From positions 660,001 through 692,000 of the forward strand of contig NC_014034.1 of the NCBI RefSeq assembly GCF_000021865.1: a DNA stretch of 32,000 nt, read 5' to 3'. Shown here in pieces: positions 17,173-24,613 of this stretch (its first letter is position 1; each line of letters begins with the position of its first letter). The translations under genes and the position numbers were made by a program. This DNA is from Rhodobacter capsulatus SB 1003 (GTDB lineage Bacteria; Pseudomonadota; Alphaproteobacteria; Rhodobacterales; Rhodobacteraceae). The notes under the pieces were generated by a model. It was not told the DNA's origin, searched no databases, and was given only the letters and a program-made list of their open reading frames with translations.

Positions 17173-20100
17173 AGCGACAGCGCCGCGATCTGCGCCGCCG
17201 TCATCGCGTCGCGCTGCGTCTCGGTGAAGGCGGCCACCTGCAGTCCGGTCAGCGCCCGGATGTCGGCGGTTTCCAGCGCCGCGATCTGATCGAGCGTGAA
17301 AGCCGCGATCTGCGCCGTGGTCCAGCCGCCCATCTGCGTCGTGCGCAGGGCGCGGATCGCCCCCGTCGACAGCGCCGCGACGGCACCGGTGCTCAGCGCA
17401 TGGATCTGCGCCGTGGTCAGGCTGGCGACCTGCGCGGTCATCAGCGCCGCCGCCTGCGTGCTGACCAGGCTGCCGATCTGCGCCGTGCCAAGCCCGACGA
17501 TCGCCGCGGCGCTGATCCGGGCCAGGTCCTGCGCCTCCAGCGCCCGCACCTGGCTTGTCGTCAGCGCCGCCACCTGGCTCAGCGTCAGGCTTGCGGCCTG
17601 CGTCGTGGTCAGCGCCCGCACATCCTCGGTGCCAAGGCCGCGCAGCGCCGCGGTGGACAGCGCCGCCAGCGCCGCGGTGCCGATCGCGGCCACCTGATCG
17701 GTCGAGAGCGCCGCGATCTGCGTCGAGCCGAGCGCGCGGATCGCGGTGGCCGAAATGCCGCGCACCTGATCGGTCGAGAGCGCCGCGGCCTGCGCCGTGG
17801 TCAGCCCGGCAAGCGCCGTGGCGGTCACCCGGGCGATCTGCGGCGCGGAAATCGCGGCGATCTGCGCGGTGTCCAGGCTGGCAAGCTGGCCCGAGCCCAG
17901 ACCGCCGAAAGCCGCCGCCGAAAGCTGCGCCAGATCCTGCGTCTCGAAGGCGGCGATCTGCGCGGCGCTCAGCGCGGCGATCTGCGCCGAGCCGAGAACC
18001 GGCGCCTGCGCCGTGGTCAGAGCGGCGATCTGCGCCGTCGAGAGCCCGCGCAGCGCTGCCGTGCCAAGGCCCGCCACCGCCCCGGTGCCCAGGGCCGCGA
18101 TCTGCCCGGTCTCGAAGGCCGCAAGCTGCGCCGAGCCGAAAGCCGGGGCCGCGGCGGCGGCGATGGCGCGGATCTGCGCCGTCGTCAGCGCCGCGATCTG
18201 CGGCGCGCCGAGGCCCGCGATCGCCGCCGATCCCAGCCGCGCCACCTGCGTTTCGGTCAGCGCGGCGATCTGCGCGGCGTCAAAGGCCGCCATCTGCACC
18301 GCGCCGATCCCCGCCATCGCCCCGGGCGCAAGCTGCGCGACATCCGCCGCCTCAAGGGCGGCGATCTGCGCCGCCGACAGCGCCCGGATCTGCGCCGAGC
18401 CGAGCCGGGCGACGTGCGCCCCGGTCAGCGCCGCGACATCGGCGGTTTCCATTCCGCGCAGCGCCGCCGTGGTCAGCGCCGGAATGACCGCGCTGCCCAG
18501 CGCCGCGATCTGCGCCGTGCCAAAGGCCGCCAGCTGCGCCGAGCCGAGCGCGGTGACCGCCGCGCTCGACAGCGCCGCGACCTGCGCCGTGCTCAGCGCC
18601 GCGACTTGCCGCGTCGTCAGCCCCGCAATCGCCGCGCTGGTCAGCCGCGCGATCTGCGCCGTGGTCAGGGCGCGGATCTGCGCCGTGCTCAGGCTTGGCA
18701 TCAGCGCCGTCCCGATCCCCGCCATGGCCGAGACCGAAAGCTGGGCGATATCCGCGGTTTCCAGCGCCGCGATCTGCGCCGTGCTCAGCGCCGCGATCTG
18801 CGTCGCGCTCAGCCGTGCCGCCTGCGCCGTGGTCAGCGCCACGATGTCATTCGTGCCCAGCCCCTTCAGCGCCGCGGTGCTCAGCGCGCCGATCGCCCCG
18901 GTCGACAGCGCCGCCACCTGCCGCGTCGACAGGGCGGCAAGCTGCGCCGAGCCCAAAGCCTGCAGCGACGAGGGGGCGATCTGCGCCAGATCCTCGGTCT
19001 CGAAGGCGGCGATCTGCGTCGTCGTCAGCGCGCCGATCTGCGCCGAGGTCAGCCGCGCCGCCTGCGCCGTGGTCAGCGCCGCGATATCCTCGGTCGCAAG
19101 GCCCGCCAGCGCCGCCGTGGTCAGCGCCGCCACCGCCGCCGTGCCCAGCGCCTCGATCTGCCCGGTGGTGAAGGCGGCCACCTGCGTGGCGCTGAAGCCG
19201 CGCGCCGCCGCGGCGGAAATCCCCCGCGCCTGATCGGTCGAGAGCGCCGCGATCTGCGCGGTCGAAAAGGCCGCGATCGCCGCCGTGCCCAGCTGCCCGA
19301 TCCGCGTCGCGCCCAGCGCCACGATCTGCGCCGTGCCCAGCCCGGCCACCTGCGGCGCGCCGAAGCCCGCCATCGCCGCGCTGGACAGACGGCCGAAATC
19401 ATCGGTTTCCAGCGCCCCGATCTGGGTCGAGGTCAAGGCCGCCAGCTGAACCGAGGTCAGCGCCGCCACCGCCGCGTCGTTCAGCGCGGCCATGTCCGCC
19501 GTGTCCAGCCCCGCCAGCGCCGCCGTGCTCAGCGAGGCCACCGCCGCCGTGCCCAGCGCCGCGATCTGCCCGGTGTCGAACCCGGCCAGCTGCGTCGCGC
19601 TCAGCGTCCGGGCCGCGGTCGCCGACAGCGCGCCGATCTGCTCGACCGAGAACCCGGCCAGCTGCGCCGTGCCCAGGCCCAGAACCGCCGCCGTGCTCAG
19701 CCGCGCCACCTGCGCAAGGCTCAGCGCCGCGATCTGCGCCGTGCTCAGCCCGACGATCTGATCCGAACTCAGCCCCTGCAACGCCAGCGTGCCCAGCTGC
19801 CCCAGATCCGCGGTCTCGATCGCGCGGATCTGCGCCGTGCTGAAAGCCGCGATCTGGCTCGAGGTCAGCGCCGCCACCGCCTCGCCCTCCAGCGCGGCGA
19901 TGTCATTGGTGCCCAGCCCGGCCAGCGCGGCGGTGCCCAGCCCGCCGATCGCCGCCGTCGACAGCGCCGCGACCTGCGCCGTGCCCAGCGCGGTCAGCTG
20001 GGCCGAACTCAGCCCGCGCGCCGCCGTGGCCGAAAGCGCGCCCAGCTGCTCGAGCGACAGGCTGGCGATCTGCGCCGTGCTCAGCCCGGTCAGCGCGCCG

Positions 20101-23100
20101 CTGGAGAGCGCCGTGACCTGATCGGTGGAGAGGCAGGCCAGCTGCGCCGTCGACAGCGCCCGCGCCTGCGCCGAGGTCAGCCCCCGGATCGCGGTTGGGG
20201 CCACCTGCGCCAGATCCTCGGTCTGGAAGGCGGCGATCTGCGTCGTCGTCAGCGCGGCGATCTGGCGCGACATCAGCGCCGCCGCCGCCTCGGCACTCAG
20301 CGCGACGATGTCATTCGTGCCCAGCCCCGCCAGCGCCGAGGGGCTCAGCGCCGACAGCGCCGCCGTCGACAGCGCGGCGATCTGCGCGGTGGAAAGCGCG
20401 GCGATCTGCGCCGAGCCCATCCCGGCGCCGCCGCCCGCCGAAAGCGCCGCCAGCTGATCGCCCGCCAGCGCCGCCACCTGCGCCGTCGACAGCGCGCCCA
20501 TCGCCGTGCTTGTCAGGCAGGCCACCTGTTCCGTGCCCAGGGCCGCCATCTGCGTCAGGCTCAGGCCCTTGACCTGATTGGAGCCAAGCCCGGGCATCGC
20601 CGCGGTGCCCAGCCGCGCCAGATCGCCCGCTTCCAGCGCCGCGATCTGCTGCGAACTCAGCGCCGCGACCTGGGTCGAGGTCATCGCGCCGACCTGATCG
20701 CCGCTCAGCGCCGCCACCGCCGCCGCGTTCAGCCCCTTGAGCGCCGCCGTGCCCAGGGCCGCCATCGCCACGGTGCTGAAGGCCGCGATCTGCGCCGTGT
20801 CCAAAGCCGCGATCTGCGACGAACTCAGCGCGCCCGCGGCGGTGCTCGACAGCGCCGCGATCTGATCGGCGGTCAGCCCGGCGATCTGGCCGGTGGTCAG
20901 CCCGGCAATCGCCGCGCTCGACAGGCTGGCGATCAGATCGGCGCCAAGCACGCCGATCTGCGCCCCGCTCAGGCATTTGATCTGCGCCGAGCCGAGCCCG
21001 GCCAGCGCCGTCGTCGAAAGCCGGGTCAGATCCTCGACCTCGATCGCCGCCAGCTGCGCCGTGCTCAGCGCCGCCACCTGCTGCGAGGTCATCGCCGCCA
21101 TCTGATCGCCGGTCAGCGCGACGATGTCATCGGTGCCGAGGCCCTTGATCGCATTGGCACTCAGCGCCGTCACGCTGGCCGTATTCAGCGCCGCAAGCTG
21201 CGTCGTGCTCAGCGCGGCCATCTGCGCCGAGGTCAGCCCGCGCACCGCATTGCTGGACAGCGCCCGGATCTGCGCCGTGCCGAAGGCGCCGATCTGGCCA
21301 GCACTCAGCCCCGGGATCGCGCTGCCGGTCAGCCCGGCGATCTGCCGCGTCGACAGCGCCGCGATCTGCGCGCCTGAAAGCCCGGCCATCGTGGCCGAGC
21401 CCAGCCCGGAGAGCGCCGTCGCGCTGATCTGCGCCAGATCCGCCGCCTCGAGCGCCGCGATCTGCGTGCTGGTCAGCGCGCCGATCTGCGCCGAGCCCAG
21501 ACGCGCCGCCTGCGCCGTCGTCAGCGCCACGATGTCATCGGTGCCAAAGCCGCGGATCGCCGCCGTGCCCAGCGCCGCCACCGTCGCCGAAGCCAGCGCC
21601 GCGATCTGCGCCGTGCTCAGCGCCGCCGCCTGCACCGAGCCAAGCCCGGCCACCGCAAGGCTGGAGAGCGCGCCGACCTGATCGGTGCTCAGCTTGCCGA
21701 TCTGCGTCGCGCTCAGGCCCGAAACCGCCGCGCTGCCCAGCCCCGCGATCTGCGCCGTGCCCAGCGTCGCAAGCTGCGCCGTCGACAGCGCCCGCGCCTG
21801 CGCCGAGCCCAGCCCCGCCAGCGCCGCCGACCCGAGCACGGCCATGTCCTCGGTCTCCAGCGCGGCGATCTGCGCCGTCGAGAGCGCCGCGACCTGCGCC
21901 GATTTCAGCGCCCGCGCCTGCGCCGTCGTCAGCGCCGCGATATCCTCGGCCGAAAGCCCGCGCAGCCCCGCCGTCGACAGACCGGCAATCGCCGCCGTGG
22001 CCAGCGCCGCGATCTGCCCGCTCTCAAGGCCCGCCAGCTGCGCCGAACTCAGCCCCGCCGCCCCGCTGCCGCTGATCGCCGCCAGCTGCGCCGTGCCAAG
22101 CGCGGCGATCTGCGCCGTGCTGAACCCCGCCACCGCGGCACTGCCCAGCCCCGCCAGGATCGCCGTGCCCATCGCCGCCAGATGCGCCTCTTTCAGCGCC
22201 GCGATCTGCGCCGCGCCCAGCCCCGCCGCCGCCTCGCCCGAGAGCCGGGCGAAATCCTCGACCTCCAGCGCCGCGATCTGTTCGGTGCTCAGCGCCGCCA
22301 CCTGCGTCTCGGTCATCGCCGCCGCCTGCGCCGTCGTCAGCGCCACGATATCCTCGGTCGTCAAGGCCCGCAGCGCCGCCGTGCCCAGCGCCGCAAAGGC
22401 GCCACTGCCCAAAGCCGCGATCTGCGCGGTGGACAAGGCGTCGATCTGCGCCGAACTCAGCGCCTCGGCGGCCTCCTCGGACAGCGCCGCGATCTGCCGC
22501 GTGCCCAGAACCCCCAGCTGGGCCGTGCTCAGCGCCGCCATCTGCGCCCCGGTCAGCGCCGCCAGTTCGATCGTGCTCAGCCCGGCCATGTCCTCGGTCG
22601 AAAGCCCCTTCAGCGCGGCGGTGCCGATCGCCGCAAAGGCCGCGCCGGAAAAGGCGCCGATCTGCTCGGCCGAGAGCGCCGAAAGCTGCGCCGAGGTCAG
22701 CGCCGTCGCCGCCCGGCTGGCCAGCGCGCGGATCTGCGCCGTCGAAAAGGCGCCGATCTGATCGGTGCCCAGCCCCTGGATCATGCCGCTGGTGAGCCCC
22801 GCCATCTGTTCGGTCGCCAGCGCCGCCAGCTTGTCGGTGGACAGGCTGCGGATCTGCGCCGAGCCGAGCCCGGCCAGCGCCGCAGTGCCCAGATGCGCGA
22901 AATCGACGGTCTCGAAAGCTGCCAGCTGCTCGGTGCTCAGCGAGGCGAGCTGCGTCGCGGTCAAGGCCGCCGCGGCATCGGCGCTCAGCGCCGCCACATC
23001 CTCGGTCGCCAGCCCGCGCAGCGCCGCCGTGCCCAGCGCGGCCACCGCGGGCTCGTTCAGCGCGGCGATCTGCGCCGTGCTCAGCGCCGAAAGCTGCGCC

Positions 23101-23618
23101 GAGCTGACCGCCGCCGCCGCCGTCGCGGTCAGCACATTCAGTTGATCAAGGGTCAGCGCCGCGATCTGCCGCGTGGCCAGCGCCCGCATCTGCGTCGCGG
23201 TCAGGCCAAGCATCGCATCCGGGCCCAGCATCGCCAGATCGGCGGTTTCAAAGGCGCTGATCTGCAGCGTCGAAAGCGCCGCCACCTGCGCCGAGGTCAG
23301 CGCCGCCGCCTGTTCGGTGGTCAGCGCGACGATCGCCTCGGTCGAAAGGCCGCGCAGCGCGACGGTGTTCAGAACGGCGATCTGCGGAAACAGCAGCGCG
23401 GCGACCTGGTCGGTGGTCAGCATCTGCATCTGCAGCGGCGTCAGCCCCGAGACGAACTCGGTCGACAGCGCCTGGATCTGCGCCGCGCCCAGGGCGCGCA
23501 TCTGCTCCGAACTGACACCGACGATATCGCCCGTCGTCAGACCGGACATGACCGAGGTCGACAGCGCCGCAATTTCCGCCGTCGTCATCGCGCTGAGAAG
23601 GGACATTCTGCCACTCAC
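17169..23618 (-). CDS. Giant (2149 aa) Ala/Leu/Thr/Ser/Gln-rich octapeptide-repeat protein, function unknown
   Basis: Single 6.45-kb ORF. GTG at 23618, with an alternative ATG at 23606 preceded by GGGTGAG. No signal peptide, TM segment, RTX (GGxGxD) or other known domain was recognised by eye. The whole protein is built from 8-residue units. Confidence 0.8.
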   Translation of the reverse strand: MSGRMSLLSAMTTAEIAALSTSVMSGLTTGDIVGVSSEQMRALGAAQIQALSTEFVSGLTPLQMQMLTTDQVAALLFPQIAVLNTVALRGLSTEAIVALTTEQAAALTSAQVAALSTLQISAFETADLAMLGPDAMLGLTATQMRALATRQIAALTLDQLNVLTATAAAAVSSAQLSALSTAQIAALNEPAVAALGTAALRGLATEDVAALSADAAAALTATQLASLSTEQLAAFETVDFAHLGTAALAGLGSAQIRSLSTDKLAALATEQMAGLTSGMIQGLGTDQIGAFSTAQIRALASRAATALTSAQLSALSAEQIGAFSGAAFAAIGTAALKGLSTEDMAGLSTIELAALTGAQMAALSTAQLGVLGTRQIAALSEEAAEALSSAQIDALSTAQIAALGSGAFAALGTAALRALTTEDIVALTTAQAAAMTETQVAALSTEQIAALEVEDFARLSGEAAAGLGAAQIAALKEAHLAAMGTAILAGLGSAAVAGFSTAQIAALGTAQLAAISGSGAAGLSSAQLAGLESGQIAALATAAIAGLSTAGLRGLSAEDIAALTTAQARALKSAQVAALSTAQIAALETEDMAVLGSAALAGLGSAQARALSTAQLATLGTAQIAGLGSAAVSGLSATQIGKLSTDQVGALSSLAVAGLGSVQAAALSTAQIAALASATVAALGTAAIRGFGTDDIVALTTAQAARLGSAQIGALTSTQIAALEAADLAQISATALSGLGSATMAGLSGAQIAALSTRQIAGLTGSAIPGLSAGQIGAFGTAQIRALSSNAVRGLTSAQMAALSTTQLAALNTASVTALSANAIKGLGTDDIVALTGDQMAAMTSQQVAALSTAQLAAIEVEDLTRLSTTALAGLGSAQIKCLSGAQIGVLGADLIASLSSAAIAGLTTGQIAGLTADQIAALSSTAAGALSSSQIAALDTAQIAAFSTVAMAALGTAALKGLNAAAVAALSGDQVGAMTSTQVAALSSQQIAALEAGDLARLGTAAMPGLGSNQVKGLSLTQMAALGTEQVACLTSTAMGALSTAQVAALAGDQLAALSAGGGAGMGSAQIAALSTAQIAALSTAALSALSPSALAGLGTNDIVALSAEAAAALMSRQIAALTTTQIAAFQTEDLAQVAPTAIRGLTSAQARALSTAQLACLSTDQVTALSSGALTGLSTAQIASLSLEQLGALSATAARGLSSAQLTALGTAQVAALSTAAIGGLGTAALAGLGTNDIAALEGEAVAALTSSQIAAFSTAQIRAIETADLGQLGTLALQGLSSDQIVGLSTAQIAALSLAQVARLSTAAVLGLGTAQLAGFSVEQIGALSATAARTLSATQLAGFDTGQIAALGTAAVASLSTAALAGLDTADMAALNDAAVAALTSVQLAALTSTQIGALETDDFGRLSSAAMAGFGAPQVAGLGTAQIVALGATRIGQLGTAAIAAFSTAQIAALSTDQARGISAAAARGFSATQVAAFTTGQIEALGTAAVAALTTAALAGLATEDIAALTTAQAARLTSAQIGALTTTQIAAFETEDLAQIAPSSLQALGSAQLAALSTRQVAALSTGAIGALSTAALKGLGTNDIVALTTAQAARLSATQIAALSTAQIAALETADIAQLSVSAMAGIGTALMPSLSTAQIRALTTAQIARLTSAAIAGLTTRQVAALSTAQVAALSSAAVTALGSAQLAAFGTAQIAALGSAVIPALTTAALRGMETADVAALTGAHVARLGSAQIRALSAAQIAALEAADVAQLAPGAMAGIGAVQMAAFDAAQIAALTETQVARLGSAAIAGLGAPQIAALTTAQIRAIAAAAAPAFGSAQLAAFETGQIAALGTGAVAGLGTAALRGLSTAQIAALTTAQAPVLGSAQIAALSAAQIAAFETQDLAQLSAAAFGGLGSGQLASLDTAQIAAISAPQIARVTATALAGLTTAQAAALSTDQVRGISATAIRALGSTQIAALSTDQVAAIGTAALAALSTAALRGLGTEDVRALTTTQAASLTLSQVAALTTSQVRALEAQDLARISAAAIVGLGTAQIGSLVSTQAAALMTAQVASLTTAQIHALSTGAVAALSTGAIRALRTTQMGGWTTAQIAAFTLDQIAALETADIRALTGLQVAAFTETQRDAMTAAQIAALSL
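17178..23609 (-). repeat. Coding tandem array: 268 consecutive 24-nt (octapeptide) units, with a 17-unit (408-nt) higher-order repeat
   Basis: I parsed the translation manually into 8-mers from residue 4 to residue 2147. Every unit ends in a hydrophobic residue and no register shift occurs. The most common plus-strand 24-mer is close to CGCCGCGATCTGCGCCGTGCTCAG, the reverse complement of codons for L-S-T-A-Q-I-A-A. Confidence 0.9.
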
Positions 23619-23785
23619 CCTGAAGGGGCCCCTGCGGGCCCGGATCCGTTTCTGGCACCGCCGTTCTGGAATGCCGCGGGGCCGATCATCGGTCAGGGGA
23701 GTGAAGGAAATCTTAAATGCAAAGGATCATTGCAGATTTCGCCTTTGCGGCGGGCCGGTTCGCGGGCCGCCCGCCCGGCGGCCGC
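23619..23785 (-). promoter_or_regulatory. 167-nt intergenic region holding a GC-rich hairpin, an AT-richer island and small inverted repeats; candidate terminator and/or promoter between the orphan gene and the giant gene
   Basis: On the minus-strand RNA a GGCGGGC...GCCCGCC stem lies just after the upstream stop. GCAAAGG-N16-CCTTTGC follows (23719-23725 / 23742-23748), then AUUUAAGAUUUCC. This is the only AT-rich stretch in the cluster. I could not identify a convincing -35/-10 pair. Confidence 0.3.
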
Positions 23786-24583
23786 TCAGTTCCGTTGCGG
23801 CTGGCTGAGCTGGATGCCCGCCTCCAGCCCGGGGGTGCGTTTTTGCGCCTCCTGCGCGGCCAGTTCCGCGACGTTCTCCCTGAGGATCTGCGACGACTTG
23901 CCGAAAGACAGGTCGTCGATCGCGAAACCGGCCCCCTCCGCCCCCACCAGCGAGAACTGAACCCCGGCGATCCGGTCCGATCCGTCGCCGGTGACCAGCG
24001 CCAGATATTCCATGCCGGTGCCCAGGTTGCGCACGCCGCCGATCAGCCGCCCCTGCCGGTCAAAGGCTTGGATCGCGGTCGATTGCGGGGTGTCGAAATA
24101 GCCCCCGGCCAGCCCGACCCCGGCGACGTCGCGATCGAAGATCATCGTGACCGGGCCGTTGAACACCGGCGTTCCCGAGAGCGAGGGGCTGTGCGGGTTT
24201 GCCCCGTCCTGCCTGATCTGCGTCGCGGGCGCGGTCTGCGCCAGGCGCAGCGGCGCCAGCGGCGTGCCGATCACGCAGCCGGTCAGCGCGGCCCCGGGCG
24301 GACAGGTCGCGGCGGTGCCGATCGCCTGACCTTCGAAGAAACCGCCGAACCCCACGATCACCCCGCCCTCGGGGGCGCCATAGGTGGGCGGCGCATAGAT
24401 CGGGTTCCGGCTCCCCCGCGGCAATTCGTCAAAGGTGATCTCTCCGGCGTCGGGCCCGAAGGCCTCGCGCGGGATCCGGATCACGCTGCCGAATTCCCCG
24501 GACGTCTCGGCCCGCGCCGGATCGCCGCCGCCCGTGGCCAGCGCCAGCGCCATCAGCGCCGTGACCAGAAAAGGGTGCATCAT
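23786..24583 (-). CDS. Secreted protein of unknown function (265 aa)
   Basis: Strong RBS (GGGGGAGGAG) before ATGATG. Signal peptide MMHPFLVTALMALALATGGGDPARA. The mature part is Gly/Thr/Pro-rich and looks beta-rich, ending with GFAIDDLSFG and then a polar tail. No known motif was recognised. Confidence 0.7.
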   Translation of the reverse strand: MMHPFLVTALMALALATGGGDPARAETSGEFGSVIRIPREAFGPDAGEITFDELPRGSRNPIYAPPTYGAPEGGVIVGFGGFFEGQAIGTAATCPPGAALTGCVIGTPLAPLRLAQTAPATQIRQDGANPHSPSLSGTPVFNGPVTMIFDRDVAGVGLAGGYFDTPQSTAIQAFDRQGRLIGGVRNLGTGMEYLALVTGDGSDRIAGVQFSLVGAEGAGFAIDDLSFGKSSQILRENVAELAAQEAQKRTPGLEAGIQLSQPQRN

Positions 24584-24613
24584 CTCCTCCCCCTCGCGCT
24601 CATTTCGCCCGTC

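Noticed and set aside
17178-23609. The regular 24-nt periodicity could be flagged as a CRISPR array or a non-coding satellite.
   Set aside because: There is no repeat/spacer alternation and no cas genes. The period is a multiple of three inside one intact ORF, with codon-position-specific conservation. It is a coding tandem repeat.
17169-23618. The giant protein as an RTX/type I secretion adhesin, an autotransporter, or a heptad coiled-coil filament protein.
   Set aside because: It has no GGxGxD nonapeptides, no C-terminal T1SS-like acidic signal that I could recognise, no signal peptide and no beta-barrel domain. The cluster has no T1SS ABC/MFP/TolC trio. The hydrophobic spacing is 3/5 on an 8-residue period, not 3/4 on 7.
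17169-23618. Very high density of GATC sites in the giant gene, as a possible methylation or mismatch-repair signal.
   Set aside because: The sites come directly from the recurrent Gln-Ile codon pair CAG-ATC in the octad consensus. There is no independent evidence of a regulatory role.
17296-23960. Many long plus-strand ORFs lie antisense to, or out of frame with, the giant gene. Examples are 17400-21377 (1325 aa), 17555-18487, 17797-19233, 21685-22761 and 22182-23960. Their translations are themselves periodic.
   Set aside because: They are by-products of the 24-nt GC-rich repeat, which lacks stop codons in several frames. Their products are Arg/Gly/Gln/Pro- or Ala/Ser/Cys-rich low-complexity strings with no motifs. 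Only the minus-strand frame runs uninterrupted for 6.45 kb with a protein-like pattern of conserved hydrophobic positions.
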